From assembly GCF_001194135.2 (NCBI RefSeq), contig NC_068984.1, forward strand, positions 10,699,443 through 10,749,706: 50,264 nucleotides of DNA, written 5' to 3'. Made by a program: the position numbers and the translations under genes. Positions 24,092 to 37,610 of the stretch are shown piece after piece (within the stretch, counting starts at the first letter, position 1; each line of letters starts with the position of its first letter). The DNA is from Octopus bimaculoides. Its lineage: Eukaryota. A model generated the notes under the pieces. That model made no database searches and had not been told where the DNA came from. It saw only the letters and a program-made list of their open reading frames with translations.

Positions 24092-25091
24092 GTAAGGATA
24101 TTAGTGCAAGAGGCAAGCTGAGACAGTGATACATTCACTTTTCTTACACTCCTAATATCCTTTCCATTTGTTCCTTGTCAAAATCAAACCAAATTGTTCT
24201 ATCTTACAAAGTAATCAACCAAAAGCATCAACACATTTTACGCCTATAAAGTGACCAGCCAATCAAATGCGCTATCTTTTTTCACCAACAGTCTAATCAA
24301 ATATATTTGCATCTCCAAACTGAGTGAGTAGACTGTTTTAAGATATTTTAATTGGACAAAAATCAAAAACGAAAGTAAATGTCTTATTTTGAGGGTTTAA
24401 CATCCCTGATTTGTTTCAAAGAAAAGACAAGAAGAAACCCCAATTGCTTCAGTTTAAAAGTAGTATGACTGTTAAACATTTTTTATGCACTTGCATCTTT
24501 TTAAAGAAAATGAATGAAAACATCATTAAATACACACTTTGAAATAACAGGTTTCAATAAGACCTTTCTGAAACTTTAAACATACATTTCTTTATTAATG
24601 TATCTTAATTTTGTAAAGAATATGAATTATCTTCAATGACTGAAAGTAGTTTAGGTAAAAAGAAGATTTATTTTTGTATCACATTAGCTCAATGTTGTTG
24701 GTTGAGTGAAGAGCCAGTTGAAATTTTATTTATTTATGAAGATTAAATTTCATTTATTCACAAAATGTTGAAATTTAAATTCTTTATAATCGAGATTCTT
24801 AGCAACTGTCAGTGCTAATATTTATACCAATATATCCACTATTGCCATGTTTGGAATTCTTAGACGAAATTCAAAACTGTGAAGAGTACATCTGTAAAAT
24901 ACCTGAGTTATTCTAGTCTAGAACTCTCTCGAACATTCTTTCTCATTCTTAACTCCAATGCTGCTGCTGTTGTTGTTGTTTAACCCTGTCAGCACCAATC
25001 AAAGTAGACCTATGAGCATAAAAGCATTCCAGCTGTGACCATTTTGTTGCTCTTGTTTTCCATCGTGGACCACATCTGATAAATTCTTCAT

Positions 25092-25315
25092 TTAACCGTT
25101 TAGCATTCAGGTTCCTCTGTCAAATGTAAAGCTTATTTATTCACATTGTCTTGAATTAATCATGCATTATTTTGTAGCTTTGAGATTTCAATAACATGCT
25201 TATTTATTTTTAGAATGACATCGTCGGGTAAGTGTGAACGGCCAAATCTGGCCAGTTTGAATGTAAAACAATATATTTAGACCTGATAGGGTTACTTTAA
25301 ATGCTAAAGGATTAA
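25092..25315. mobile_element. piggyBac-like MITE (TTAA ends)
   Basis: TTAACCGTTTAGCATT ... AATGCTAAAGGATTAA; same family at 25938-26165 and 49143-49366. Confidence 0.8.
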
Positions 25316-25937
25316 AAAAGGTGTGATTTGAGAGATATTTGGTTGTTGTTTCTAGCAGAACAAGTGATCAAACAGAGGGTCTTTCCTTGGCTCATGTGAT
25401 TCCATCTGACATGTAACTTTGATTCTTGAGTTTGAGAATTTATTTTTGATTTTTTAATCTGAAAATATCTCTAGAAACAAGGATTTCAAATGTCTATTCG
25501 AGTGGGTGGAATGGTCTGTTTTAACCCTTTCATTATCAACTCCATCATTGTTTTAATGTCCACTTTCTCATGGGTCAATTGGAATTTATTGAGGCAGATG
25601 TTCTACTGTTAGATACCTTTCCTGTCACCAACCCTCACCTATTTCAAAGCAAGGCAATATTTCTCCATGACTTGACATCCTCACACAGAATATTGGAAAT
25701 CTGGAAATCAAGGACACTGCTTGTATGCCTGACATTTATTTTCAACTACTCTGCAATGTCATTCTTTAATTATCACTTGAAAGCCTTGATTAGTGGTATT
25801 CTTTAAATTAAAAGCATAAGTAAATTTTCTAGATTTAATTCTTACTAAAGCCACATGAGTTACAGAAAAATATAATAAATTCCATAATGCTTTCTCTTGA
25901 AGAAAGACACTGACAGTGATTTGGAATGTTTTTCAGT

Positions 25938-26165
25938 TTAACTCTTTAACTTTTAGATTTCTCTGACAAACATAACGCTTTTTTATTCAAATTGGTTTGG
26001 ATTAATCATACATTAGTTTGTTGCTTCAAGATTTCAATGATGGGAATGTATACTTTTAGAATGACATTGTATGGTAGGTGTGAGAGGCCGAAACTGGTCA
26101 GTTTGAACATAAAACATATAGAATATCTGGACCTGATATGGCTAGTTTAAATAATAAAGGGTTAA
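25938..26165. mobile_element. piggyBac-like MITE
   Basis: TTAACTCTTTA ... TAAAGGGTTAA, body matches 25092-25315. Confidence 0.8.
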
Positions 26166-27506
26166 GGAATTCCTACACACACACACATACACCACAGAAA
26201 AAAAAAACTTGTCTTATAATAATACTGTATTAGTGAGAAAGAAATTATTGCAAGACAGTTTTTTTTGCCATACATGCAATATTTTGCAAATGTGACTTTT
26301 GCAATTTGAAGGTGAATTTGAAAAGGGAGGTGGTGGGGAGATTGTATTTTATTTTTTGCTGTTTTTGTTTTCTGTGGACATAACATGAATACTAACTTTG
26401 CTAGGTGTCATTGTAAAGATACAAAACGAATTTATTGCAACTGGGAGAAAAAAAAAATGCATGAATTATTTTGTGGAATCAACTGTTTTACTCTTGTCAG
26501 ACTTTATTCAAACGTCTGACAACCTTTCAATTGAAGCTAAAATAAATGTATAAAAAAATGTAGCTAATTTGAGTAGGTTTTTGTTTGCTTTTTTGATTTT
26601 TATCAAGTAAAAGATGTCAAAACTAAGGCAACTAGTGATGGGCTGCTTCAGCAAATGAATAAAGTTAAAAATACAGTAGTTAGTGCAGTACATTGTGCAA
26701 GCCTTTTGAAGAATAGCCCTGGGCTGACCAAGTGGATTTGGCAGACAGAAATGAAAAGACTGTTGTTTGTATGTGCAGATGTGTATGCTTGTCTCTGGAT
26801 CATGTCAATGGAGTGGAGAGGATTTGTGAGGTGTTGTGCAAATCTTATTCAACCTAAAATAATATGTTGCGCGATTGCAACTCTCCATTGCTTGGTTGAG
26901 TAGGAGGGTATCGCATCAAGCATGGAAGCCAAGGGCACAAACCCAGGTGAAGATGACCTTGGATGCACAGGCATTGCTGACATGTTGCATGGGCAACGGT
27001 CAGTGATGGTCTTTCTCAGTCAGGAGTGGACAGCCATTATGTATGCCTGCCTGCCTGTTTACATCTACTGTCATTTGTATGAAAGTTACAAGATGTGATG
27101 ACGGTGTTGCTTGCTCTCCTGTCAACAAATCTTCTGCTCACTTCACACCTTCAAATCCACATGGAATACGAGATCCTTTATGTGAAAAATAGGCAAGGGT
27201 TAGCAACAGGAAGAACATATGACTATAAGACGATACCTCAATAGCTTATTCATCTAACCCATGCAAGCATGAAAAAAACAGACCTAAAACAAACAAAGTA
27301 ATGATGTGGTAAGTTCATGTACCACAAAAATTCTGACTTATAGACAAGATTCTTTTTCCAAAGCGACAAAAAATGTTGAGTAATTTCATTCCCAGCTTTT
27401 TAATACATCTTAATACATTTTATTAAAGAAATCTCCTCCCCCAAAATGTCGAAACTCCCCTCCCCCCACTCACTACACAGATTTATCCTATTCGTCTTCC
27501 TTGTCA

Positions 27507-28095
27507 TTATCATCATCATCATACATCTGTTTTCCATGCAGTCATTGGCTGCACAGTTTGACAGGAACCAACAAGCCAGAGGATTATGCCAAACCCTCAT
27601 GTCTGTGTGGGCATGGTTTCTATGGCTGGGTGCCCTTCCTTACATGAACCTCTTCACAAAGTGTCCTGGGTGCTTTTTATATGGCCTCAGCATTTGTAGT
27701 CACCAAGTAATTCGCAAGATAAGACACCCCTCAACTGAGGGAGGGACCGAGGGGTGGAGTAGCACTGAGGGAGGTGGCTTTATGCCAGGTGACAAGCAGT
27801 TAAATTATGATAAAGGGTCAGGAATGGGTGTCTTGTTGTAGAGAGATATATAGTAACCCCAGTTGGAAAAGGAAGAGGACGGTGGTTAAGATGTATCAGG
27901 GTGTGCCCTTAAGGTACAGGAAGGAGAATATAAGAGAGGTAATGTGGGTGGGTAGGAGTGTGAAGGAGAGTGGTAAATGGATAAGAATTGGGGACAGAAG
28001 GAAATGCAGTGTGTGGTGGTGAGGGTGGGGGTCAAACATGAATATCGATTTGAGGTCAAGGTGGAGGAAGTAGGTGTGGGTCAGGGAGGTTGTAG
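27507..28095 (-). mobile_element. RTE-tailed element, longer divergent subfamily
   Basis: (ATC)n tail, GGGTGCCCTTCCT motif, purine-rich body. Confidence 0.55.
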
Positions 28096-29334
28096 GTGGC
28101 AGCTTTTACTATTTGAAATGAAAATTTAAAAGAATTTGTTCACTTTATTGTCATATTCTTCAGATTGCTTACCTTCAAAACACCTGTTGGTTTCTCATTA
28201 ACAAATGCAGGCTTGATTATTTTTGCTTAGCTTGAAGCATTGAAATCTTCCTCGAATCCTCAAAAAAAAAAAAAAATTGCCGTTAGTAATCTTCTCATTA
28301 ATACTTTTAATGATCTACTTGAAGCATGCTTATATCTTGTATACAAAACACTTTATCCAGGCTGAGAGAGAAAGTACAATATCACTGAAGAAACTCTGAC
28401 ATTTCATGGAACTTGTGGAATTGTATCAACTAAAGAAGAGATGCAAAATTTCTTTCTTTTAAATGTCAAGAAGGTTCCAACAAGGGAGACAACTTTTCAT
28501 CAAATGGATCAAAATATCTGCTAAAAGTTAATTATTTTACTTGAGATGATTAAGTAATTTGCAATCTGTGTTTATGAATCCTTTAAACATGGCTATAGGA
28601 ACCAGCAAGGGTGTGTGGTTGGGAAGTTCACATTGTAACCATGTGGTTTTGGATTTTGATTTGATCCCATGGCATGGTGTCTTGCGAGAAGGTTTTTCTG
28701 CTGTAGTCTCAGACTGACTAATATGTGTGATACATAAATATATGTCTTTACGTTCTGAGTTCAAATTCCGCCAAGGTCGACTTTGCCTGTTCATCCTTTC
28801 GGGGTCAATAAATTAAGTGCCAGTTGTGTATTGGAGTCAATCTAATCGACTGGCCCCACCTTCCCAAAAATTTTGGGCCTTGTGCCTTGACTAAAAAAGA
28901 ATATTTTGGTTGGATATCGTTAGTTTAAATGCTAAAGAGTTACAATGATTGGTGTTAGGAAGAGTATCTTGTGTCACTCTTTGCATCCAAAGGGTTTTTA
29001 ATGTAACATATTAGAAACTATTATTTCTTGTTGAGATATACCATTAAATGACATATCTGAGTATTTAATTTTGTATTCATTCTCTGAATTCAAATTTCAC
29101 CAATGTTGGTATTGTCTTTCACCTCTCTATAGGTAATAAAATAAGTACCAGTAATATGCCAGCATTCACTCTATCACATTCCTCCCTCTTACATCCTTAT
29201 TAGCCAGAAGAAGATAATTCTATTTTAACAGTGGGAAAACAATTATCTGAACAAGAGTAATAAATTTAAATCTTGCTGTTGTAATTTAATTTTTGGAGCA
29301 TATTTCTGAACTTTGTACTTACATAACTTTACAG

Positions 29335-29407
29335 CTTATACTGGAAACATGGAACATGTTTGTCCTTAATCAATATCCACTGGCCTGAAGATTGTAATAA
29401 GTTGAAC
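29335..29407 (+). CDS. Candidate 73-nt exon (LYWKHGTCLSLINIHWPEDCNKLN)
   Basis: CTTTACAG acceptor, AAC|GTGAGC donor, single open frame phase 2-0, phase-compatible with 12384-12575. Confidence 0.3.
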
Positions 29408-30006
29408 GTGAGCTCTATAGAAGTACTGTTGTAATGTTAATGGAACATTAATTGCAAAGCATTCAATTGTCAAATTTTATTGAAGAGAAAACTATCAGAA
29501 AGTAAAAACAGTAAAATTTTCACTCAAATATAATTTACGAGTTATAAATATAATTCTTATAATTCATGAAGAAGACTGTTTAGAAATGTAATTTTCCATA
29601 TTCTTTATACCTTTTTTTTCTTTTAATTTTTTTTTTTTTTTTTTCCATAAAGAAAAATTTGGTAAATGAAATAGGAGAAAGAATATTTTGTATTTTTATT
29701 TGAGTTTGGCACCCCTAATCTTGTTTCAGATGGTGAAGAAAAATGTCATTTAATAACTACTAAACTTAAAAATAGAGTCTGTGTTTAGTGTTGTTTCCAC
29801 ACTGGCAGGTTTTGATGGAGAAGACTGTGAGAATGTCATTAAGTGTGCATTTTGAAGTAAACACTTCAAATATGTTTCCTGAAATTAAATCATAGTTTCT
29901 ACATTATTTTCATTTGGTTATTTATGCAATCAAAGTTTATATTCATGTGGGTGGTTCCTAAGGAAAATAAATATTTTTTTCCAATACATCGGTTATTAGT
30001 TTATAG

Positions 30007-30420
30007 GTGCAGGCATGGCCGTGTGGTTGAGAAGTTCCCATTTCAACTATGTGGTTTTTGGTTCAGTCCTACTAACATGCCACCTTGGGCTAGTATCTTC
30101 TACTAAAGGCTTGCACCAATCGAAGTCTTGTTAGTGAATTTGGTTGGCAGAAACTGAAAGAAACTTGAAGGTGGCGAGCTGGCAGAATCGTTAGCACGCT
30201 GGGCAAAATGCCTAGCGGTATTTCATCTGCCGTTACGTTCTGAGTTCAAATTCTGCCAAAGTCAACTTTGCCTTTCATCCTTTCGGGGTCAATAAATTAA
30301 GTACCAGTTGTGTACTGGGGTCAATGTAATCGACTTAATCTGTTTGTCTGTCCTTGTTTGGCCCCTTGTGGGCAGTAAAGAAACAAGAAACTGAAAGAGG
30401 CCCATCATGTGTTTCTGTGT
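30007..30420 (+). mobile_element. SINE A with nested SINE B (30162-30385)
   Basis: Perfect 13-bp TSD AGAAACTGAAAGA at 30149-30161 and 30386-30398. Confidence 0.9.
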
Positions 30421-31376
30421 ATTTTTGTGTATGTCTTTGTATAAGAGACTTTGTATCTCTTTTCACACTGTTATTTGCTTGTTGTCCACTGCAAAAACAT
30501 GTTCAATAAACTGAAAGTTTAGGTTCCTTTTCTGCAGCATTCTAACCATGTCTATAGTATCAGAACTGTGACTTCTCATTGTGGAGAAATACCAACTCAA
30601 CCAGGAGAGATTTTCCAATCTCCAAACTTTGTACCCTGCTGAGTAACATTACCCCAAAGATCCTTTGCAGAAACCCCATTTCGGCTGGTTGAATTCATGA
30701 TTGTATTGTTTGTCATTTTCCCAACATTCACAACCATAATGAAGACAGGAATAAAAACTGAATTGGAGAAAAGCAAGTTTGGGTTTTTTTTTACTGCTGG
30801 AGTTGGTGCATCGAACTTCTCAGCTCATGCTTTATTAAAACAACAACACGACTGTTCTTTACTTAAGTGTTAATTCGAAACAAACACAGTAAACAGCATT
30901 TCAATTGATTATTGTGAAAACTACTAATCAATATATTCCACTAGGAAATATCTACCAGCTTGTTAGTACTTCATTGAACTTGTTCATGCTTTAGAATAAC
31001 ATAATGGTATCTATGGAACTGTTCTTGTTTAGTGAAAAGAAGCTGTTACTGATGTTACTGTAGGTTTATATGACTAACCATTGTTATCAGTAGTGGTGGT
31101 CCATTTTGTATAGAAGTGGTGGTGGTGGTTATTTTGCCCCACATCAGCAGATTTATGATCAAGCATTCTGACCACCAACGTCCTGTTTTGTTCATATAGT
31201 AACTCCAGACCAACATACAATATCTTTCTTCTTTTTTATGGTGAGAGCGTGAAGCCTGAGTAAGATTTGGCTGCTCTTTTTAGCAGGTTAAGATACAAGC
31301 TTCCATCATTCATTCTATTTGTTTATATTGTTGGCTTCTCTGCGATTGATGGTTGTTGATGGCAGTAATGTAAAAA

Positions 31377-31690
31377 CATGGCTTAGTGGTTAGGGGCATT
31401 TGACTCACAATTGTAAGGTCATGAGTTCAATTCCCAGCGACGCGTTGTGTCCTTGAGCAAGACACTTTATTTCATGCTGCTTCAGTCCACTCAGCTGACA
31501 AAAATGAGTAGTACCTGTATTTCAAAGGGCCAGCTTTGTCACACTCTGTGTCATGCTGAATCTCCCTGAGAATTATGTTAAGGGTACACGTGTCTGTGGA
31601 GTGCTCAGCCCCTTGCACGTTAATTTCACGAGCAAGCTGTTCCGTTGATTGTATCAGCTGGGACCCTCATCATCATAACCAACAGAGTGC
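31377..31690 (+). mobile_element. SINE E, near full length
   Basis: TGGCTTAGTGGTT A box, GAGTTCAATTCC B box, GTGTCCTTGAGCAAGACAC segment. Confidence 0.85.
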
Positions 31691-31736
31691 TCCTTTTTTT
31701 AATGTAAAAACAACTTGCTCCCTTCATTTATTTTAG

Positions 31737-31757
31737 AATCAATACAGTGTGTATATT
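31737..31757 (+). CDS. Candidate 21-nt micro-exon
   Basis: CCCTTCATTTATTTTAG acceptor and consensus GTAAGT donor 21 nt apart; all three frames open. Confidence 0.2.
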
Positions 31758-31799
31758 GTAAGTTATTTCTGAAGGTGGAATGATGTCCATGGTTTTTGC

Positions 31800-32030
31800 G
31801 GGCTCTCTAAGACCAGGGAGCTTCAAGCCATTAATGTTCCATTTAAAATGTTGCAGCTCAACCCCTGCAAGAGAGACATGAGCAAGAAGATTCCAGAGGG
31901 TTGGATGTTCTGGGAAGAAAGGACTGGTCATAATGGCTGATGTAAGCTCAAGAATGGATGGATGCACCAAAATTGCAACAGTGACAAAAGGTGGGAAGTT
32001 GAATGGCTGTAGAGGTGCCTGAGTGAGGTA
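31800..32030 (-). mobile_element. Decayed CR1/Jockey-group LINE ORF2 C-terminus
   Basis: Minus frame MTSPFFPEHPTLWNLLAHVSLAGVELQHFKWNIN resembles the SFFP....LWN.LP......L..FK..VN terminal motif. Confidence 0.55.
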
Positions 32031-32865
32031 TTTATAAGATCAACCGACTCAGAGGAACAGAGGTCATTAAAGTTATGTTAGAAAAGATAATTTTTTTTCT
32101 TCTGTACATCCAATAAAGTTTGTCTGTATCAAAAACAATAATGTGAGTGAACACAGAAAACAAACCTATCACTTGTACATAATAATGAGAAGTTGCATGA
32201 CTCGTCAAATAAATGTTGGCATCTGAAGATTCCAAAGCACAAAATAACAATAATAATATTGAATGAAGTATTCCTTATTCCTCTGCATCAATATCAGACT
32301 AGAGCTGCAGTTTCAAGTGGCATCATTAATGGTTATCATATTTGCCTGTCCATCAAAACAGATGAGCTAAGAAGTTTTCCTAAACAAGGTATTGGCTGAT
32401 AACTCAAATGCATGTGGCTTAAAATATTCATTAGTAAAACCATTACCTGGTGAATATGCTTTTAGACCCATTTAAACACTTGTGACTATTCTTTCAGCAA
32501 TTCCATTTGATTTGAGATGATAGAGAGGCATTTCCATGGGTTTACACCTGATCTTATCACACCATGTACACAAGTCATTAGGTTTTGTCAGACCCTAATG
32601 TGTTTAGAACGCCATTTCCATTTCTAGTAACACAATTTTTAAAATCTACCAAACTGTTTCTGCTTGTTTCTTCTTTTTACCTCTAGCTACCAAATGTATG
32701 CATTTACCAATATTAAGAATTTTTTCAAAATCCGTTGGTGCATCTATTCATGCTGTAATTTCTTTAGGCCATGTGTGCATTGTGTGAAGTAATTCTAGCT
32801 AATGTCAGATCTCAGCTAACATTCTGTGCCATACTGTGTATCATCAAGTACAGCTTTTATCATTA

Positions 32866-33060
32866 AGGTGTGGTTGTGGGCTTAAGAAGTTTGCTTCTCA
32901 ACCATCTGGTTTTGAGTTCAGTCTGCTAACACAGCACCAGTAGCAAGTGTCTTCTACGAAAGCCTTGGGCTGACCAAGGCCTTTTAAATGGATTTCATAG
33001 ATGTAAACTGAAATAAGCCTGTCGTATATATATATATGTTTGTTTGTGTGTATCCTTGTT
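32866..33060 (+). mobile_element. SINE A 5' half
   Basis: Family A head and body. Confidence 0.7.
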
Positions 33061-33878
33061 TTGATACATCATCATACAAACAGTGTTGTTGATTTCTCGT
33101 TTTCAATGCAAAACATGCCTGCCATGGGGGAAATATCACCTTGCTTGGAAACAGGTGAGGGTTAACAACAGGGAGGGCACCCTCCTCTGAAAATGGGATA
33201 TCTCATTTATAAAGCAATACAATCTCTAACAACAACAGGTATTTGAGAAAAAGAAACCTGGTGTTAATATCAAAGCCAGTGGGGGAGATTCATCAGGTCA
33301 GAAAAGAAGTTTAATACTAACGCAAGTGAAAGGCTCCATCAAGAATACATTTTATATTTATTGAGCATAAAACAAAATACTCAGATATTCATTTCAAAGT
33401 TTGGCACCAACCCCAGTATGCAACTGGTACTTATTTTATTGACCCTGAAGGAATGAAAGGTAAAGTCAACCTTGGCGGAACTTGAACTCAGAATGTAAAG
33501 CATTTTGTCTAATGCAGTAACAATTCTGCCAGCTCACCACCTTTAAAGTACTTAGATATTGAAAAGAAAACTTTGGCAACCATTTCATGTACTTGAAGAG
33601 TACAGTATGTTCTGGTTGGCTGTAAACTTAAATTGGTCTCAAATAATAAGTCACTTGAATTTATTTTTAGCAATAGATATGGTTTGCCAAAGTAACATCT
33701 GCATCCATTATGAGATGGAACTTATATATAACAGCACTTAATTATGAAATATATAAAAGGATCTTGAAGAACCATATGGTGAGGCATTATAGAATCTGTT
33801 TTATAATGTTAGTTGGATAGATATGACCTCCATAGAATCTAATCTTCTAAAACATAGAATATAAAATTGGAGACTATC

Positions 33879-34441
33879 AATCGTTTAACGTCCGCATGGG
33901 TTGGACGATTTGACTGAGGACTGGCGAACCAGATGGCTACACCAGGCTCCAATCTGATCTGGCAGAGTTTCTACAGCTGGATGCCCTTCCTAACGCCAAC
34001 CACTCCGAGAGTGTAGTGGGTGCTTTTATGTGCTACCAGCACGAGGGCCAGTCACACGGTACTGGCAACGGCCACGCTCAAAATGGTGTTTCTTACGTGC
34101 CACCTGCACAGGAGCCAGTCCAGCGGCACTGGCAACGACCTCGCTCGAATGATTTTCTAACATGTCACCAGCTCAAGTGCCAGTAAAGTGACGCTGGTAA
34201 CCATCACGCTGAAATGGTGCTATTTACGGGCCACTAGCACGGAAGTCAGACAGCTGCTCTGGCAATGATCACGCTCGGATGGTGTTGTTAGTGCTCCACT
34301 GGCACAGGTGCCAGTCATTGAATATAGTTCAATTATGATTTCGAATTCACTTGCCACAACAGGTCTTCGCAAGCAGAGTTTAGTGTCCAATGAAGGGAAG
34401 GTTGGCATGGGTGCCAGCCGTCGAATTTGGTTCGATTTCGA
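33879..34441 (-). mobile_element. Family C, apparently full length (~560 bp)
   Basis: Same 5' start (ATCGAAATCGAACCAAATTCGAC) as 38544-39130; about 5 subrepeats. Confidence 0.9.
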
Positions 34442-34717
34442 TAATAATATTTTATCTGTTGTATATAATAGAGCGTTTAATATTAACTGACACAAATTCT
34501 GTTGTTGAAAGATAATTTATACACATGACTGGCACCGTGTTGATTGTAACAATAAGGGTTTCACTTGATTCAATCAATGGAACAACCAGTTTGTGAAATT
34601 AATGTGCAAGTGGCTGAGTACTCCACAGACACACGTACCTTCAATATAGTTCCCAGGGAGATTCATTGTGACACAGAATGTAACAAGGCTGGCTCTTTGA
34701 AATACAGGCACTACCCA

Positions 34718-34764
<47 letters not shown>

Positions 34765-34999
34765 GCACGCACACACACACACACATATGTGTGTGTGTGA
34801 CCTGAATAATGATTGCTAACTCTTCCAAGGTAAATGATTCTGATTGCTTTTTGTCTTTTGATGATTTTTTACATCCATTATTCTCACAGCCAAAGGGTAA
34901 TCTATTTGTATACACTTCTTTATCAATCCAAATAAAAAAACAGAAAAACACACCTCATCAGTGTCTCTAACACAGATTTAGTCTGATTGATCATCTTAC

Positions 35000-35256
35000 C
35001 TGATAATTCCTATATTTTTATGATCTAATCTACCTTGATACATAGATTTTTCCACACTTTTAGCACCAGTCCATCTATAATCTGGATAAACTTTATTGTT
35101 ATCCACGACATTTCTAACAATGCATTCAATTGCTTTTCAAAGCATATTGTGGGCTGTTTTAATTCCATATGAAAGTCGAGTCCATCTTCAAAGGACCTGC
35201 AGGTATATTTATCATAATGTCCCCTTTTAATCCAATTTAGCAAAATACGTTATACC
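35000..35256 (-). mobile_element. Decayed Ty3/Gypsy reverse transcriptase fragment
   Basis: One minus frame with stops reads ITYFAKLD*...RWTRLSYGIKTAHNML*KAIECIVRNVVDNNKVYPDY, resembling the FSKLD...RLPFG..AP..FQ...Y.DD motifs. Confidence 0.6.
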
Positions 35257-35290
35257 TGAAAGAGAATTATTGAATCAGAAGATGCAGTTG

Positions 35291-35892
35291 TCTTTTATCT
35301 TTTACTTGTTTCTGTCATTGGATTGCAACCATGCTGGAGCACTGCCGAGAAGGGTTTAGTCAAACAAATTATTTTATTAGTCTCTTTTGCTGAACTTCTA
35401 TGTTACTGGAACACAAACAAGCCAACATCAGTTGTCAAGCAATGGTGGAGGAGCAGATACAAAACACAAAGGTGCACATATTCACACACATGTATATGAT
35501 GGACTTCCACATAGTTTCTTATTTCTTTACTGCCCACAAGGGGCTAAACATAGAGGGGACAAACAAGGACAGACAAACGGATTAAGTTGATTACATCGAC
35601 CCCAGTGCGTAACTGGTACTTATTTAATCGACCCTGAATAGATGGAAGGCTAAGTCGACCTCGGCGGAATTTAAACTGAGAACGTAACGCCAGACGAAAT
35701 ACTGCTACGGATTTCGCCCGGCATGCTAACATTTCTGCCAGTTTGCTCGCTTCCATACAGTTTCTGCCTACTAAATTCACTCACAAGCCCTGTGCTTTAG
35801 TAGAAAACACTTGCCCAAGGTGCCACTCAGTGGAGGTGAACCAAAAACCATGTGGTTGCTAAGCAAGCTTCTTAACCACACTGCCATATCTG
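35291..35892 (-). mobile_element. SINE A with nested SINE B (35520-35749)
   Basis: 16-bp TSD, 14/16 identical, at 35504-35519 and 35750-35765. Confidence 0.9.
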
Positions 35893-36190
35893 TTCATAGA
35901 CAAGAATTTGAACAAATTTATTTACACCTACTTCAAAATCTCTGGAAATTTCCATCTACTTTTTTGCATAACCACTAAAAGAGAAGCCTGTGTACTCCAT
36001 CTGAAATGAACTTCTAAAAGACCCAACTGATGCCAGCATGGAAAACAGCCGTTAAATGATGATAATGATGATATCAATTAGTTTCTCCTGCTTAACTGTG
36101 TAGTTTAATTAATGTATGTTGGCAATGGTCTTGCTTCAAAATAACATGGCCTAATATCTTCCTAGAGAAGAATGTTGGATTTGAAACCCC

Positions 36191-36420
36191 TTAACCCTTT
36201 CCTAGCCATACTTCAGTTGAAACGCTTTGCTTTTGTTTCTATAAATTTTGAAAATAATGAAGAATTTAATGAAATAAGCTTGTTTTTATTAAGCTGATGT
36301 CTGGAACATAAATTAACACGGAATTTTGGTGAAAGGTTTTATTTTGGATTACTTTAAAACTGGAGATTTGTATCATGGAATCAAGGGTGATCCTAGGCAG
36401 GTTGATACTGAAAGAGTTAA
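36191..36420. mobile_element. piggyBac-like MITE, second family
   Basis: TTAACCCTTTC ... GAAAGAGTTAA; a related right end at 5147-5160. Confidence 0.7.
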
Positions 36421-36537
36421 TCTCCCAAAACTGACAAGGTGCTTTAGTCTCATGGATTAATGTTGAATGATCAAAATTCTGCCATGTCCATACCAAGGAA
36501 GCTATTATTATTTTTTTTTTTTTTTCTGTTATACCTA

Positions 36538-36858
36538 CTGGTGTTCCATTGGTTCCAACGATAAGGGCTCCAGTTGATTCAGTCAGCTGAACAGCCTACT
36601 CATGAAATTAATGTGCAAGTGGCTGAATACTCCACAGACACGCATAACTTTAACATAGTTCTCAGGGAGATTCAACATGGCACAGAATGTGACAAGGCCA
36701 GCCTTTTGTAATTACAGGTACAACTCATTTTTGCCAGCTGAGTGAACTGGAGCAACGTGAGATAAAGCGTCTTGCTCAAGGACACAACACGCTGCCAGGA
36801 ATCGAACTTATGACCTTAGAATCATGAGCTGAACACCCTAACCACTAAATCACATGCT
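36538..36858 (-). mobile_element. SINE E
   Basis: Reverse complement of 31377-31690; further copies at 34556-34716 (-) and 44140-44438 (-). Confidence 0.85.
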
Positions 36859-37610
36859 TTCACTTTTTGTTATTACATCCACCTACAACAACACAACCTG
36901 TTTTGTGTGTGTGTATGTTTGTTTCCCCCTTATTAGTTTCCATTAATGCATCAAACTTCCTCTAAATTTCTATGAGTGATCCATGAAATTGTTTTAGCTT
37001 CAGATCCTTTCAGTTCTGAGATATCATAGTCACCAGACTGTTAGTGTCAATCAACTTGCATCTCAACGTTAACATTATTGAGTTTCCACATTGATCGTTG
37101 AAGTATTATTATATCCCGACTTCACAAGTTCTAGCGGAATCTTCATGCTCAATTCCCTCAAACATTTTTTATTCATTTATCTGTTTCTTTTGTGGATTTA
37201 CATATTTGCCTGGAAGTGATCCATTTTTCTCATTAAAATAAAGACATTTTGATAATGCATGTTTTTATCCCCCAAAATGACATTTATATATTTGTTTCTC
37301 TCAACATGTGACTAAATGGTAACATCAAGATCAAATTCTCTTTCCCATTTTATTTATTTATTTATGCAATCATCTGAAATTTAGAAATCATTTCAAGCTG
37401 TTGAATGAATTCAATGCATGCATTACACTTCAGATCCCCTCCATTGAATATATTCCAATGTGTTTATACAATGTACGATGCTCTGATGATTGCTTGCCAA
37501 ATATGTTTTGTGGGAATCCTATCACCTTCTGTTGCACTCTGTCTTTTAGTTCCAGTTTTTTTAAAGTTTTTTTTTTTTTTTAATCAAATTAGCAAAACAA
37601 ACTGACTCAC

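Noticed and set aside
29335-29365. WKHGTC as RNase T2 active-site motif CAS II
   Set aside because: Spacing differs from the HEWxKHGTC consensus and no CAS I exon was found; insufficient for a gene call
33910-33945. CTGAGGA followed by a CTGG(CGAA)CCAG stem in family C, hammerhead-like start
   Set aside because: No GAAA after the stem and no helix I/III closure
34020-34325. Family C subrepeats as a CRISPR array
   Set aside because: No invariant repeat with unique spacers, no cas genes, eukaryotic TE context
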